Positions 1 through 11,383 of a DNA stretch of 64,000 nucleotides are shown piece by piece. A program made the position numbers and the translations under genes. Position 1 is the stretch's first letter; the number at the start of each line of letters is the position of its first letter. This DNA is from Octopus vulgaris (Eukaryota): NCBI GenBank assembly GCA_951406725.2, contig OX597831.1:1674001-1738000 (forward strand). The letters are read 5' to 3'. A model generated the notes under the pieces. The model worked only from the letters and a program-made list of their open reading frames with translations. It made no database searches and was not told where the DNA came from.

Positions 1-370
1 ACTTCACCAACCCCAATTTCTGGAGTCCTAATACCCCCAATTGTAATCCCATGGATTACTATGTATGGGGCATGGTTGAGAAAGACATCAACCACTCTGC
101 CTGCAACACCAAAACCAAGCTGGTGGCCAAGACCAAGGATGTGCTCAAAGATCTTCCCAGGGACATAGTGAGGGATGCATATGTGCTAGGTTCTGGAGCC
201 ATCTTGAGGCTATGGTAGAAGCTGAGGGTAGCTAATTTTAGTAAACTATTGTCTCCCAGTCATAATCTAGTTGATATTTATTAATTTTTTTAAATATTTT
301 TTTTTCGGGATGAGATATTGTGTTTGCTTTTCCTTTATGCAAACTGTCAAATTTAGCTGAAAATACTCTG
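1..370 (+). mobile_element. Tc1/mariner-superfamily (maT/DD37D-like) DNA transposon 3' end: degenerate transposase C-terminus plus right TIR
   Basis: Frame from nt 3 reads FWSPNTPNCNPMDYYVWGMVEK...DLPRDIVRDA, then after a frameshift RFWSHLEAMVEAEGS*. This matches the WPPNSPDLNPLDYxxW motif and the RLEAVVxAxG end of these transposases. The end ...gctgaaaatactctg reverse-complements to a CAG(A/G)GT-type TIR start. Confidence 0.8.
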
Positions 371-480
371 AACACACACACACACATACCACACGTACAA
401 AAACATACATATATATACATATATATATATCTATTTGTATCACATCGAAACTAACTGTGACTTAATTTTTCCTCTCACAC

Positions 481-537
481 CATCTCCGATGAAGGGATAT
501 TATTATTAATTAATATTCTAGAAACAGCTGTATGACC
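481..537 (+). ncRNA. Degenerate minimal hammerhead ribozyme motif in a Penelope-like fragment (~445-610)
   Basis: CCGATGA (486-492), stem II gggatatta/taatattct, GAAA (521-524), palindromic CAGCTG, TA. Stem I is poorly paired. Confidence 0.5.
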
Positions 538-649
538 TTCTATCTATAAATGCTCTAATATCTATACAGCCTTGGTTTTTATCTCATTATGCAAAAAATT
601 CATATAACATGAGTTCATGGCTGTTTCCTGCAACAGCTTCACATAGAAG

Positions 650-1108
650 CCCCAGCCCATCCAAAGTACCTTGGATTGCAAGACAGCCTGCTGTGCTTAC
701 CTTGGATCATAGGGTGACCTGCTGTGCTTGAGGAGACCTATTGAGTCAAGTACATCAACATCAAGAAATCAAATGGAAATTGTAGTAGTGATACCTGTGC
801 CAGTGGCATGTAAAAAGCACCATCCGAACGTGGCCGATGCCGATGCTACCTTGACTGGCTTCCATGCCGGTGGCATGTAAAAAGCACAAACCAATCATGT
901 CCATTGCCAGCCTTCACTGGCACCTGTGCCGGTGGCACGTAAAAAGCACCCACTACACTCACGGAGTGGTTGGTGTTAGGAAGGGCATCCAGCTGTAGAA
1001 ACACTGCCAGATCAGACTGGAGCCTGGTGCAGCCTCCTGGCTTCCCAGGCCCTGGTCGAACTGTCCAACCCATGATAGCATGGAAAACAGACATTAAATG
1101 ATGATGAT
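650..1108 (+). mobile_element. SINE family C (internal GGCACGTAAAAAGCACC subrepeats, (GAT)n tail)
   Basis: GGAAGGGCATCCAGCTGTAGAAAC body, CCCATGxTAGCATGGAAAACAGACATTAAATGATGATGAT tail; >12 homologous copies in the window. Confidence 0.8.
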
Positions 1109-1139
1109 ATACATACTCATATATGCACACACATACATA

Positions 1140-1303
1140 GTACGGTCTTCTTTTAGTTTGTTCTATGAAATCTACTCACAAAACTTTTAATCAGCATGGG
1201 GCTATAGTAAAAGTCACTTGTCCAATGTACCAGACAGTGGGACTGAACTCTCAAAACCATGTGCTTATGAAGCAAACGTCTTGACCACACAGCCAAGCTT
1301 GCA
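1140..1303 (-). mobile_element. SINE family A head, degenerate
   Basis: Similar to the head of the intact copies at 25836 and 39813 (CAGTGGGACTGAAC, ACCACACAGCCA). Confidence 0.65.
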
Positions 1304-1321
1304 CTTTTACCTTAATCTTAA

Positions 1322-1708
1322 CCCTTTTGGGACACCTGGGCCAATATATCAGCCCAAGTGATACTAACTGAAAGGACTTTGAGGCCTATCCATCAGCCTG
1401 ATGAAACAAACGTTGTGAGTGGTTAGTTTTGAAGTGTAATAGCCAATCAGAGAGTGTCTTTCAGTGTATTTTTTGTTTTTTTTTCTACAGAAACATTTAT
1501 GTTTATTATTTTATTTATTTTTATGTATTGTGTTGTTTCAGGTTTTCTTATCCTGATAAAGCTTTCATAATATAGTTTTACATACTGATAAAGTAGTTTT
1601 AGGTACTTTATCCTTCGTTTTCTACATGCACCCATGAATTCCAATCTCAACAGAAAAAAAGTTTGGTCTTTTTGGCCACATACCAAAACACCTTGTATCT
1701 CAAAAGGG
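1322..1708. mobile_element. piggyBac-type MITE
   Basis: TTAA|CCCTTTTGGGAC ... ATCTCAAAAGGG|CTAA: imperfect TIRs starting CCC, TTAA-like target site. Confidence 0.55.
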
Positions 1709-1996
1709 CTAAATAAAGGAAAAGCTCTTTAGATAATGATGTGCACTTATAGTGCTTCAGAATACAGAAAATGTGATTGATGGTCATGGTTAGAACGTCT
1801 TTGATCATTGTGTCTGTTGGATCAGATCAACTGAAGGGGAGAAGGGGTAGGAGGTAGACAACAAAAACAACAATAAAGATCAGAACATTTACTCCCTTTC
1901 ACTCCAAAAACAACAATAACAGAAAAAAAATTGCAGAAGCCTAAATGTCTTGATTTTTGTAGAACCAAGGTGACAAGGTCATATCTTTGGATTTAA

Positions 1997-2368
1997 AATA
2001 ATAATAATAATAATAATAATAATAATTGTGTACAGTGCTCAGGTGCACTACAACTCATCTAAAGTGTATATATAATCAGGTGTAGTTTCGGCGGATTTCG
2101 GAAAGCATGAGGGCCTTAAAAGATGCAGTGTCATGGCAGTCAACAACTGACGCAGGCAGTTTATTCCATGCTTCAGCAACTCTGAGCGTGAAAAAATGTT
2201 TCCGAAAGTCATGGGAGCTGTATTGTTTTCTGACTTTGTAGGCATGTCCACGTGTGTTAGACACATGGAGATCAAAAAGGTGTTCAGTGTTGTTGTTGGT
2301 GAGGTGGTTGATAACTTTGTGGGTGTTTACCAAGTCCCTCGCCAGACGCCAGAGCTTCAGTGACAATT
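1997..2368 (-). mobile_element. CR1-clade LINE, 5'-truncated (ORF2 C-terminus, 3'UTR, (ATT)n tail)
   Basis: ORF 2076..2366: RDLVNTHKVI...TRGHAYKV...RKHFFTLRVAEAWNKLPASVV...SFK, the canonical CR1 ORF2 end. Confidence 0.9.
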
Positions 2369-2384
2369 TTATTGTTGAAATAGT

Positions 2385-2605
2385 GCTGGTAGTAGTAGTT
2401 GTGGTGATGGTAATGGTCAGGTGGTGGTGGTGGTGGTGGTAATTGTAGTAGTGGTAGTGATGGTATTATAATTGTTAAACTAGTTGCAGTAGTGGTAGCA
2501 GATTGGTGTGGTAGTAGCGATGGAAGAGTGGTGGTGGTGATAGTAGTAATGGGAGAGTAGTGGTATTGTCATAGTATTATTTAGTAGTTGTAGCAGTGGT
2601 GGTTG
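2385..2605. repeat. Degenerate (GTA/GTG)n trinucleotide tract
   Basis: Directly visible. Confidence 0.85.
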
Positions 2606-2865
2606 TCTGAAAGCTAAATAAATAAAAAATAAACGAAGAAAATAAACACATAGTCACAAATAAATAAAAAAAAAGAAAAGAAAAAAAGACTTCATATTAT
2701 TAATCCTTCTTTTATGTTAGGTTATTGGCCTAAATTCAGAAATTCTACAACTAATTGTGACCTCCTCATTTGGGACAGAGTGGATAGCAGAGTGGGGGAT
2801 GGGGAGAGGAAAGAAAGCAGCTGGACAGCTTGTCCTTACTTCCTGGGTGGTAGTAATAGTTGTGT

Positions 2866-2899
<34 letters not shown>

Positions 2900-3861
2900 T
2901 TTTTCATTTTATGGCCACAAGAGTGATTGGTTGTGGAGTGGGGACTTTACAAGGACACATAACAAAACAATGTTGGGTAGGGGTAGGTATATGTGGTGGC
3001 GTTTGTTGCATATTGGAGTATGATAGGAAATTGTGATTATATGGAACTGCAACATGGTCAGTCAATATGCTAGAAACAGCAGCCAAGTCCTTGTACTTCT
3101 ACTATCTTAAAGAAGGTTAAAATGAGGATCAAATTTTGATGAGTATGATAAAGAAAGAACACTAGTGAACTTGCAGTCCACAGGACTTTCTAGTGGTTGT
3201 CACATTTTCTTCCATTATTGCCATCTCTAAAGAGTATAGGGTTACATAATTGAGCTGCTATCTAACGTCCTGTTGAACACTCCCCATGTAAAACTAATTG
3301 GTAAGATCACCCATAATAGATGTATAATACTATACACTTTGATTAATATATATATATTACAGGTTTCCAGAGTTTCCCCCACTACCAAATTCTCTACAAA
3401 ATTTACTCATGAAGCATTAACCTGCTTGGAGTCAAAGTAAAAGACACTTTCCTAAGGTGCTATGCAGTGGGATTGAACCTAAAACCATATGATTGCAAAG
3501 CAAGCTTTGTAACCACACTGCCATGCCTGCACCTGACTCTGTAAATAGGGGAAATAAGTATCAGATCAGTTGGGAATATTATCTGTGATGGACATCCTGT
3601 CCATGGAGACGTGTATCTTGCATTTTCTTAAGATGTTAAAATCAAAGCAACTCCTTGACTCATCAGAAGGTGCTTGAGTTGCCATCAGAGGTGTTTAACC
3701 TCTGCACCTCACTATATGATAAGATGTTACGTAAAGAGAACCTCTATGTAGTTATTTTACATACTAGAAATTGTAACCCTGTTCTCTCTTAAGCTACACT
3801 GCATATTATATAACATAATAGCTAAGCATCATATCTATGTAGCTTCTTCCTTCCTAGCATA

Positions 3862-4301
3862 CTAGTATAGCCTGGCGTTGCTCGGGTTTGTTTTTAGTTG
3901 TGCTTAAAACGGCAGACTTTGATGTCACATTAACAAAGTTTTGACATAGTTTCAATCTTTTTTGAAAAGTGAAAATTTTGCATTATGTAGCTTGTTATTC
4001 TCTTTAAGTGAACATTTTTCTAGTTGAAATACACCGAAAAATGGCGACACAGCAGTAAAAAAAATCGTAAAAAATAGGGATTTTCATAGAAAAAAAAAGC
4101 ACCTTTTTGATGTAAATAATTTTTGGTGTTAACATGGTCTGATTTGAATTTTTTTTTCTACGGAATGAAGAGCAAGCCTTCTTCTATCATACTCTCAATT
4201 TTGGTCAACTTGCGCCACGAGGTCTCGGAGGAGATAGTGTTAGTTGAAGGCTATCAAACCTGCCACACACACACAGACAACCTTAGCTTTATATGTATAG
4301 A
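3862..4301 (-). mobile_element. Non-autonomous Helitron (~440 bp)
   Basis: Minus strand reads A|TCTATACATATAAAG...CCCGAGCAACGCCAGG hairpin...CTAG|T: 5' TC, 3' hairpin plus CTAG, A|T insertion site, no TSD. Confidence 0.75.
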
Positions 4302-5254
4302 TTAATTACTGGCAAGGATACTGTATCTTGTTTTGCAGCCATTACATACTACCAAGTGTATTACAGGTTTGCAAGTCAATATTGTGCCTCACTTTGTGTT
4401 AGCAGTGTGATATACTCACTATTAAGTTTATCTCTACAGCTTTTTTATAGAATTCAGTGCTAGCACTGCAAATTAAGTTTCATAAATGAATACGTCTATG
4501 TAAACAATGTAATTGAAGATAAAGAAAATGGGTAATGAGTGTATATGCATATTTCAAGAATTATTTTTCTTTCATCAGTACCACACTACAATTTAAGGAA
4601 AAGTAATATGTCTTTGATCATACAATTTTGTACCTGTTCAGCAAACTGTGAACAACTCTTGTATGATGAACAACTCTGAGTAAGGATGCGTGTATGACGT
4701 CATTCAGTATGCTAGAAACAGCACCCAAATCTCCATCAAATCAAACCCTCTTGTTTTAAATATCTGATGAAGCAGACATATAATCAAAGACCTTCCAGGC
4801 ATGACCATCATGTCTTTTTTTTTTTTCCAATACACAGGGAATCAAAAACCTCATTAATGGGATCTTTTTATTAAGACAGTAAGGTGTTATTGCTTGAGAG
4901 TTAGAGATCTGCTATTTCTAGCAGGTCAAGTGTCCACATATCAGACCCCACGTTGGTTCAACACCTGTATGTTGGCAACATCTGGTTGTTGGTATCGCTG
5001 CTAAATATATTGACGTAATTTTCAGGTAGATTGGATAGACATCATAAATTTAGAGAATTTATATTATTTTGAACATCAAAAGGAGTAACAATATTTCAGC
5101 AAAGGACAGTTCTTCTTTTTCACTGTCCTTTTTTTTTCTTCTTCTTTCAAAGCTAAAACATATATCCCTACCTTACCACCACCACCACCACACTAACACC
5201 ATGAGCTTAGGCTGTGTGGCTTCCTTTCATGTCATTAAGGTTGGTTTGTTTGTT

Positions 5255-5425
5255 TAATCATCATCATTAACAACATCATTGACAGTGTCATCATCATCAT
5301 CATCACCTCTGCTACCATTACTCTCACCACTGCCATCACTATCATCATCATCATCACCATCACTGTCACCTTCACTGCCACCATCACCACCACCACCTCC
5401 TCTGTATTCACTGTCATCACTTCAT
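5255..5425. repeat. Degenerate (CAT/CAC)n tract
   Basis: Directly visible. Confidence 0.85.
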
Positions 5426-5861
5426 ATCCTCCCTCCACCCATCCTCCTTGACATCAATGTTCTAACAACCATCTTTAAGCATCTGTTTATATAACTGTAA
5501 CAAGTAATATGGCTGGAAGAGCAGGGTGGTGAGGAGGGCAGTAAATGGATTAAATTAAGTTGGTTCTCACACTACTTGGTTTTATTTAAGTTTTCTTTTA
5601 TATTTATTTAAAACTATCTTCTTTGAGTTGGGTTCAATTCCCAAACAAGTTCATATACAGACCCTTGATATCTGTATTATCAAAAGGAGGGAAGAGAGGG
5701 TGAGGTAGATAAAGATGAGAAGCCCATTTCATTGTACATAGAATTATTCTCTAAGCGCTTATTTCTTGCCCCATCCCCCACCAAAAAAGAAATACATAGT
5801 GTGATCTTGTAACACAGTGGTTCTCAACATGGATCTCAATAATAATAATAATAATAATAAT

Positions 5862-6181
5862 AGGGAGGCAGTTGTCGGCAACCATGGAGACTGGCGACAT
5901 ACTGTAAGAGAGGGAATATAAAGGAGTGACAGAGAGAGAGAGAGAGGAGAAATGGAAAGACAAGAAAAGACGTCAACAAGAAACTATGGCATTACAACCA
6001 GCCAGGAACAGTCTTCGCTACATTTGCGGTACCTGCCAGAGGGAGTGTTTGTCCAGGATAGGACTACACAGCCACAGCAGGAGATGTATCAGGACATGAA
6101 ATGTAAAAGCCGGACTAGACTACTTTATGCGCAATTCCATTGTCTCCCGAGACAAAAAGGATGCCAACCAATAATAATAAT
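5862..6181 (+). mobile_element. RTE-clade LINE 3' end inserted in an (AAT)n tract
   Basis: Translates EAVVGNHGDWRHTVREG...YICGTCQRECLSRIGLHSHSRRCIRT* (CxxC-R-C-SRIGLxSH zinc knuckle typical of RTE ends). Short 3'UTR, (AAT)n on both sides. Confidence 0.85.
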
Positions 6182-6447
6182 GAAATTATTGTATACAGTG
6201 CTCAGGTGCACCACAACTTGTCAAAAGTGTGTAATAAAGCATATGCAGTAATGTACAAATGTCTTGGAAGTGAACAGTGTACGAGTCAGATGCATGCTTG
6301 TGCATGTATGGAGGGGAGAAAAATCAGGTGTAGTGTTGGCGAATCTCAGGAAGCATGGAAGTTTTGAAGGATGCAGTGCTCTGACAATTAACAACTGATG
6401 CTGGCAGTTTGTTCTATGCTTCAGCAATTCTTAGCAGGAAAAAATGA
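6170..6447 (-). mobile_element. CR1-clade LINE 3' fragment (subfamily related to 1997-2368)
   Basis: Shares CAGTGCTCAGGTGCAC 3'UTR and GGCAGTTTGTTCxATGCTTCAGCAA (AEAWNKLP) with the copy at 1997. Confidence 0.85.
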
Positions 6448-6577
6448 CCCCTGGGGTTCCATATAAGAATTTTTGGGGTCCATACTAGAGGACTTGTAAA
6501 TTAACTTGGAATTTCAATGGAAGGTTTTAATTTAGATTATCCTTTTTGATATCAACCCATTTTTAGGATACAACTTC

Positions 6578-6801
6578 ATAACTCTTTTGTTACCATATTT
6601 CTGTTAAAAGACTCTATCTTTATTTCAATTAACTTTTAAAGCAAGATTTAGTAAAATAACTTTGTTATTATTAAGCTAGTGTTCCTAACACAAATGAACA
6701 TGACATTTTGATGGAAAATTTAATTTGGATTACTCTTAATCAGGAAATTTGCATCATAGAACCAGGGGCAGTATCGGACAGGTTGGTTTCAAAAGGGTTA
6801 A
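6578..6801 (+). mobile_element. piggyBac-type MITE family 1 (~220 bp)
   Basis: ...CTTTTGTTACCATATTTCTG...GGTTGGTTTCAAAAGGG|TTAA; many homologues in the window. Confidence 0.75.
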
Positions 6802-7638
6802 TACAAGAGTATGGAAGATTCAATATCATCTGTCCATTGCTGATTAGATATCACCTTATCTATTCTATATTATGCCATTTATTATCTTTTACTGGCATGC
6901 CATCAGGAAATTTTTCTGACCTTGGGTCATTTAATTTTGGCAGCTATTTAAAATTCTCAAGAGATACGAGTTAAACCAAGGCTCTCTCGAAATTTCATTA
7001 TCTTTCTTTTGATTTGTTTCGTCTTGCAGCCAATAAATTTTAAGTAAGACTCTTCACTATTTTGCTTTCCATTCTAAATTCTGACAGCAATGGTTCTTGT
7101 TATCAGTTGTATTTTATGTTGTTACAAGTTAGCTTTGGGTTACTAATCCTCAGTTAACCCATTAACCCATCGCTAGCATTTTAATGTATTACAAATACTT
7201 TGGTAACCCTTGATAACTTTATTTTATTAATTAATTCTTTCTTTTATTAACCCATTTGTTGCCATATTTCTTATGATGTACTTTGCCTTTTGATAGATCA
7301 CTTCAACTTTTTTTGATAACCGACCAATCTGAGACTGTTCCTGATTCTAAGATACAAACTTCTTAACTCACTTGATACCGTATTTTTGTTGAAATACATT
7401 ACCTTTTGTTTCAATTAATTTCAAAACTAGTTAAGAATTTAGTAAAACACTTTGTTACTGTTAAGGTAGTATTTGGAACATAAATTAACATGAAATTTTG
7501 ATGGGAGGTTTTAATTTAGGCCACTTAACCTTTTAGCATTCAGACTTCTTTGTCAAAGGTATTGCTTATTTATTCATATTGTTTTGGAATTAATTATGCA
7601 TTATCTTGTAGTTTCAAAATTTTTATGATGTAATCTTG

Positions 7639-8016
7639 TTACCTCCGCCTTAACGAAGGTGGAGGTATTCTTTTCAGTTGTGCTCGTTTGCTTGTTTGTC
7701 CACGGACAAGGTATTTCAAGAACTGCTGGATTCAGATGAAACTTTCAGGGCTGTTTGGCCTCATGACTGACAAGAACTGATTAGATTTGGGGATTGATTT
7801 AGTACCAGACAAGGATTCTGGATTATTTTTCCTGCCTTTTTTTTTTTTTTTTTTCACTTAATTTTTGAGAGCAGTCAGGTTCATTTTTAGTATTCTCACT
7901 TGTGAGAGCAGTCAAGTTTATTTCAGACATTCTCATTTTAAAAATCATCTCTGGCTAATCGTTGAGAGGATATTGGTGTTGCCTTGGCGGATGTTTGTGC
8001 TCTCTGACTGCTCGTT
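7639..8016 (+). mobile_element. Helentron-associated non-autonomous element (HINE/DINE-1-like)
   Basis: 5' palindrome ACCTCCGCCTT-aacg-AAGGTGGAGGT, GTTT-type microsatellite, 3' subterminal inverted copy TTGGCGGA plus small terminal hairpin. Confidence 0.65.
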
Positions 8017-8216
8017 ATATTTTGGGATAGTCATTTCGTTAAAAATATTTTTTTTCTGCCAAATAAATATACACTATATATTCATTCTTCACTTCAGATT
8101 CATTATTGTTCGTATTTTATGTCCTTAGTCTGAAAATCTTTCGTCAACACATCGTGTGGCCTCTTCAGCGACTCTCCATCCCATGTGTCTCCTCCTGTTC
8201 TGTTTAGTCCATTCTG
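8014..8216 (-). mobile_element. Short Penelope-like element with hammerhead motif (8127-8173)
   Basis: Minus strand agtcg-CTGAAGA-g..cacac/gtg..ac-GAAA-gattttc-agact; homologous end to end with 36083-36282. Confidence 0.6.
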
Positions 8217-8931
8217 ATGATGTGATTTTTTAATAAAGAATGACATTAGGATAGGTGTGAGAGGCCAGATCTGGTCAGTTTAAACATAAAATAGGTAGAA
8301 TATTTTGACCAGATCTGGTCAGTTTAAATGTTAAAGGCTTCAAGTAGGAAGCTTGTCTCATAAAATTAAGGGTGGTTTCAAGTGGGTTGGTATCAAACAG
8401 TTTAAACCATTATGTCAGGATTCCCTTGATGATGATGATGATGATGATAATTTGAGATGTAGTGAAGGAAGAAGAACAAGTAATAGATTTCCACCGTAGA
8501 AAGCATTCAGTTTTTCTCAAGTTGCTCTGTTGTGTTTGTTTCAGCACGGACTTCGTTAAAGGTGTTTATGGGCCAGGTGGTTGTGCGAAAATGGATGACA
8601 GAATGAATACAGTCCATCTGACAGGCTTCTCCTCAGTTTCAGTCTTCCCAGTTTCACCTAACAAAGCTTCAATTGATTTCAGACTATGGCAGAAAACACT
8701 TGGCATTGCCATACCGGCACCCATACCTGTTTCAAATACTCTCAATATTACTCGGGCTACAGTTCTTCACCTAGCTGCTGGAAGTAGACACCAGATCATA
8801 TGACAATGCTATTTAACCCTTTAGTGTTTAACCCTTTCGTTACTGTATTTATTTTGAGATACTCTGTTTCTTTCAATAATTTTAAATATAACAAAGAATT
8901 TAGTAGACACCAGATCATATGACAATGCTAT

Positions 8932-9415
8932 TTAACCCTTTAGTGTTTAAACAGGCCATATGTTTCTTTATTACCCACAAGGGGCTAAACATAGAGGGGA
9001 CAAACAAGGACAGACAAACGGATTAAGTCGATTACATCAACCCCAGTGTGTAACTGGTTCTTAATTTATTGACCCCGAAAGGATGAAAGGCAAAGTCGAC
9101 CTCGGCGGAATTTGAACTCAGAACGTAACAGCAGACGAAATACGGCTACGCATTTTGTCCGGCGTGCTAACGGTTCTGCCAGCTCGCAGCCTTTTTTTAA
9201 ACAGGCCATATCCAACCAAAATATTTTACCTGTTTTATCTTCAAACTGGTCAGATATTGTCTTTTATTGCTACCTTACAGTGTCAATTTAAAAATTAACA
9301 ATCACATCGTTGAAATCTCAAAGCCATGAAATAATGCATTATTGATTTTAAGATATTATTAATTCTTAATTTAAGCTTTACATTTGACAGAACCATCTGA
9401 ATGCTTACGGGTTAA
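8932..9415 (-). mobile_element. MITE family 2 interrupted by SINE B
   Basis: TTAACCCTTTAG ... CTGAATGCTTACGGGTTAA termini. Confidence 0.7.
8962..9195 (-). mobile_element. SINE family B, young, full length
   Basis: B-box-like GAGTTCAAATTCC and core GTCGACTTTGCCTTTCATCCTTTCGGGGTC; 16-bp TSD TTTAAACAGGCCATAT (8946-8961, 9196-9211). Confidence 0.9.
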
Positions 9416-10329
9416 GGCAGAGACTGGCTTCTAAACCATGTGGTCACTCAAACTGCTAGAAATAGCAGGTCTCTAAATCGCTCTCAATCACACCCCACTA
9501 TAACACAGTGCAGTCTTTGGGCCCATTGGTTCTTGTCAGACCATTCAACATGTGTTAGCATGGAACATGGACATTAAATGATGATGATGATGATTTATAT
9601 TAAGTTGATTTGTAATCAAATGACAGTTCATTTAAACAATTCAATAATTTATCATTTGATCAGTTTTGTTTTTCTATGAACATGTCTTTTGACAAATTCG
9701 TCTTTCAACCAATATGTATTCTCAATGAATTATCGTTTCGATAAGTGCTCTTGGATTCTTACATTTCACAGATGTTGCTTGCTAATAAAAGGTGCGAAGA
9801 ACAGCAAAAATAACATCTGATCTCCCTACCACCTCTAAATAAAAATTCAGTTACTGTCTTTAGTGAAAGCAAATCAATAAGTTAGATTATATAAATAAGA
9901 TTTGTATCAATTCTATCCACGTTGCTACACCAGCTGTTATGAAACCAACTCTGTGACATGTATTAACATTGAATGTGGTACCAGTAAGACTGGTTTTTAT
10001 CCATTTCTATGGAAGACCACCCACCTTTAGAACTCCTAACTGCTTTCCCTTATTTATCTCATTCAACTTTCATCATACTTCTGCACGTAGAAATTCATCA
10101 TGCTCACCCCATGGTGTATACTTACTCTTATATATTACACATGCAAACACACACATACAGAAATGAGTGTGTATACACATTTGCATATGCCTGTACATTC
10201 ACATATGTGCATGCATTCACATACACACTTACATGTATTAAATGACAAAGAAATTGATAAGGTTACATATAGTCATTAAAAATTTATAGTAAAATTCAAG
10301 TATAGGCATGCATACACACCATACATCCT

Positions 10330-10369
<40 letters not shown>

Positions 10370-10636
10370 ATGCTCTTGCATAAAGCAACATTAAAACACA
10401 CCAAAATACAATTACATACACATTCAGTAGAATTCATGCACACACACACCACCCGCACACATAAACATGTGTCAATCAAAATAGTAAAGAATTTTGGGGT
10501 TTTTTTCTACTTTTGGTGCCAGCTGACTGAATAATCTTCACTGTTTGAACTGTAACATTTTCCTTCCTCTCTACAAGTCTAAAATAGGACCCACAATGAG
10601 GTACTGCTCTATCTATGACAGTGTTGTTGCTATTTA

Positions 10637-10859
10637 GCTGGCAGAAACGTTAGCACGCCGGGCGAAATACATAGCCGTATTTCGTCTGCCGCTACGTTCT
10701 GAGTTCAAATTCCGCCGTGGTCGACTTCGCCTTTCATCCTTTCGGGGTCGATAAATTAAGTACCAGTTACGCACTGGGGTCGATGTAATCAACTTAATTC
10801 GTTTGTCTGTCCTTGTTTGTCCCCTCTGTGTTTAACCCCTTGTGGGTAGTAAAGAAATA
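10637..10859 (+). mobile_element. SINE family B
   Basis: Near-identical to 8962-9195; TSD GCTATTTA (10629-10636, 10860-10867). Confidence 0.9.
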
Positions 10860-10954
10860 GCTATTTACTCAAACCTAATCCACCTCAGAAATATATATTC
10901 CTCATTTGAACATAAAGATACTTCAGCTCTGATCAATTACTGACTCTCTACAAA

Positions 10955-11383
10955 GTTTTAAACTGGCCATATCCAGCCTAAACATTCTTTACTTTAGGCA
11001 CAAGGCCTGAAATTTTGGGTGAGGGGACCAGTTGATAAGATTGACCCGAGTATGCAACTGGTACTTAATTTATCGACCCCGAAAGGATGAAAGGCAAAGT
11101 CGACCTCAGCATGATTTGAACTCAGAACAAAGACAAAATAGCACAAAGTATTTCGCTCGGCGTGCTATCATTTCTGCCAGCTCACCGCCTTATCCAGCCT
11201 GAATATTCTACTTGTTTTATATTCAAGCCAGCCATATCTGGCTTCTCACACCTACCCTACAATGTCATTATAAAAATAAGCAATCATATCATTGAAATCT
11301 CAAAGTTACAAGATAATGCATAGCTCAAAACAGTGTGAATAAATATCACATTTAACAGAGTAATCTGAATGCTAAAGGGTTAA
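10955..11383 (-). mobile_element. MITE family 2 interrupted by a SINE B copy (~10990-11191, minus)
   Basis: Ends AATGCTAAAGGG|TTAA; SINE flanked by the duplicated TATCCAGCCTRAAYATTCT. Confidence 0.75.

Larger units (their letters stand above)
7525..8342 (+). mobile_element. piggyBac-type MITE family 2, itself interrupted
   Basis: TTAA|CCTTTTAGCATTCAGA ... TTTAAATGTTAAAGG; halves colinear with 40965-41178. Confidence 0.7.
7363..8405 (+). mobile_element. MITE family 1 split by nested insertions
   Basis: 5' half at 7363-7525 and 3' half at ~8342-8405 (GGGTTGGTATCAAACAGTTTAA) are colinear with 6578-6801. Confidence 0.65.

Noticed and set aside
1398-1415. CTGATGA...AAACGTT as a hammerhead
   Set aside because: No stem II and no G before AAA; it lies inside a MITE.
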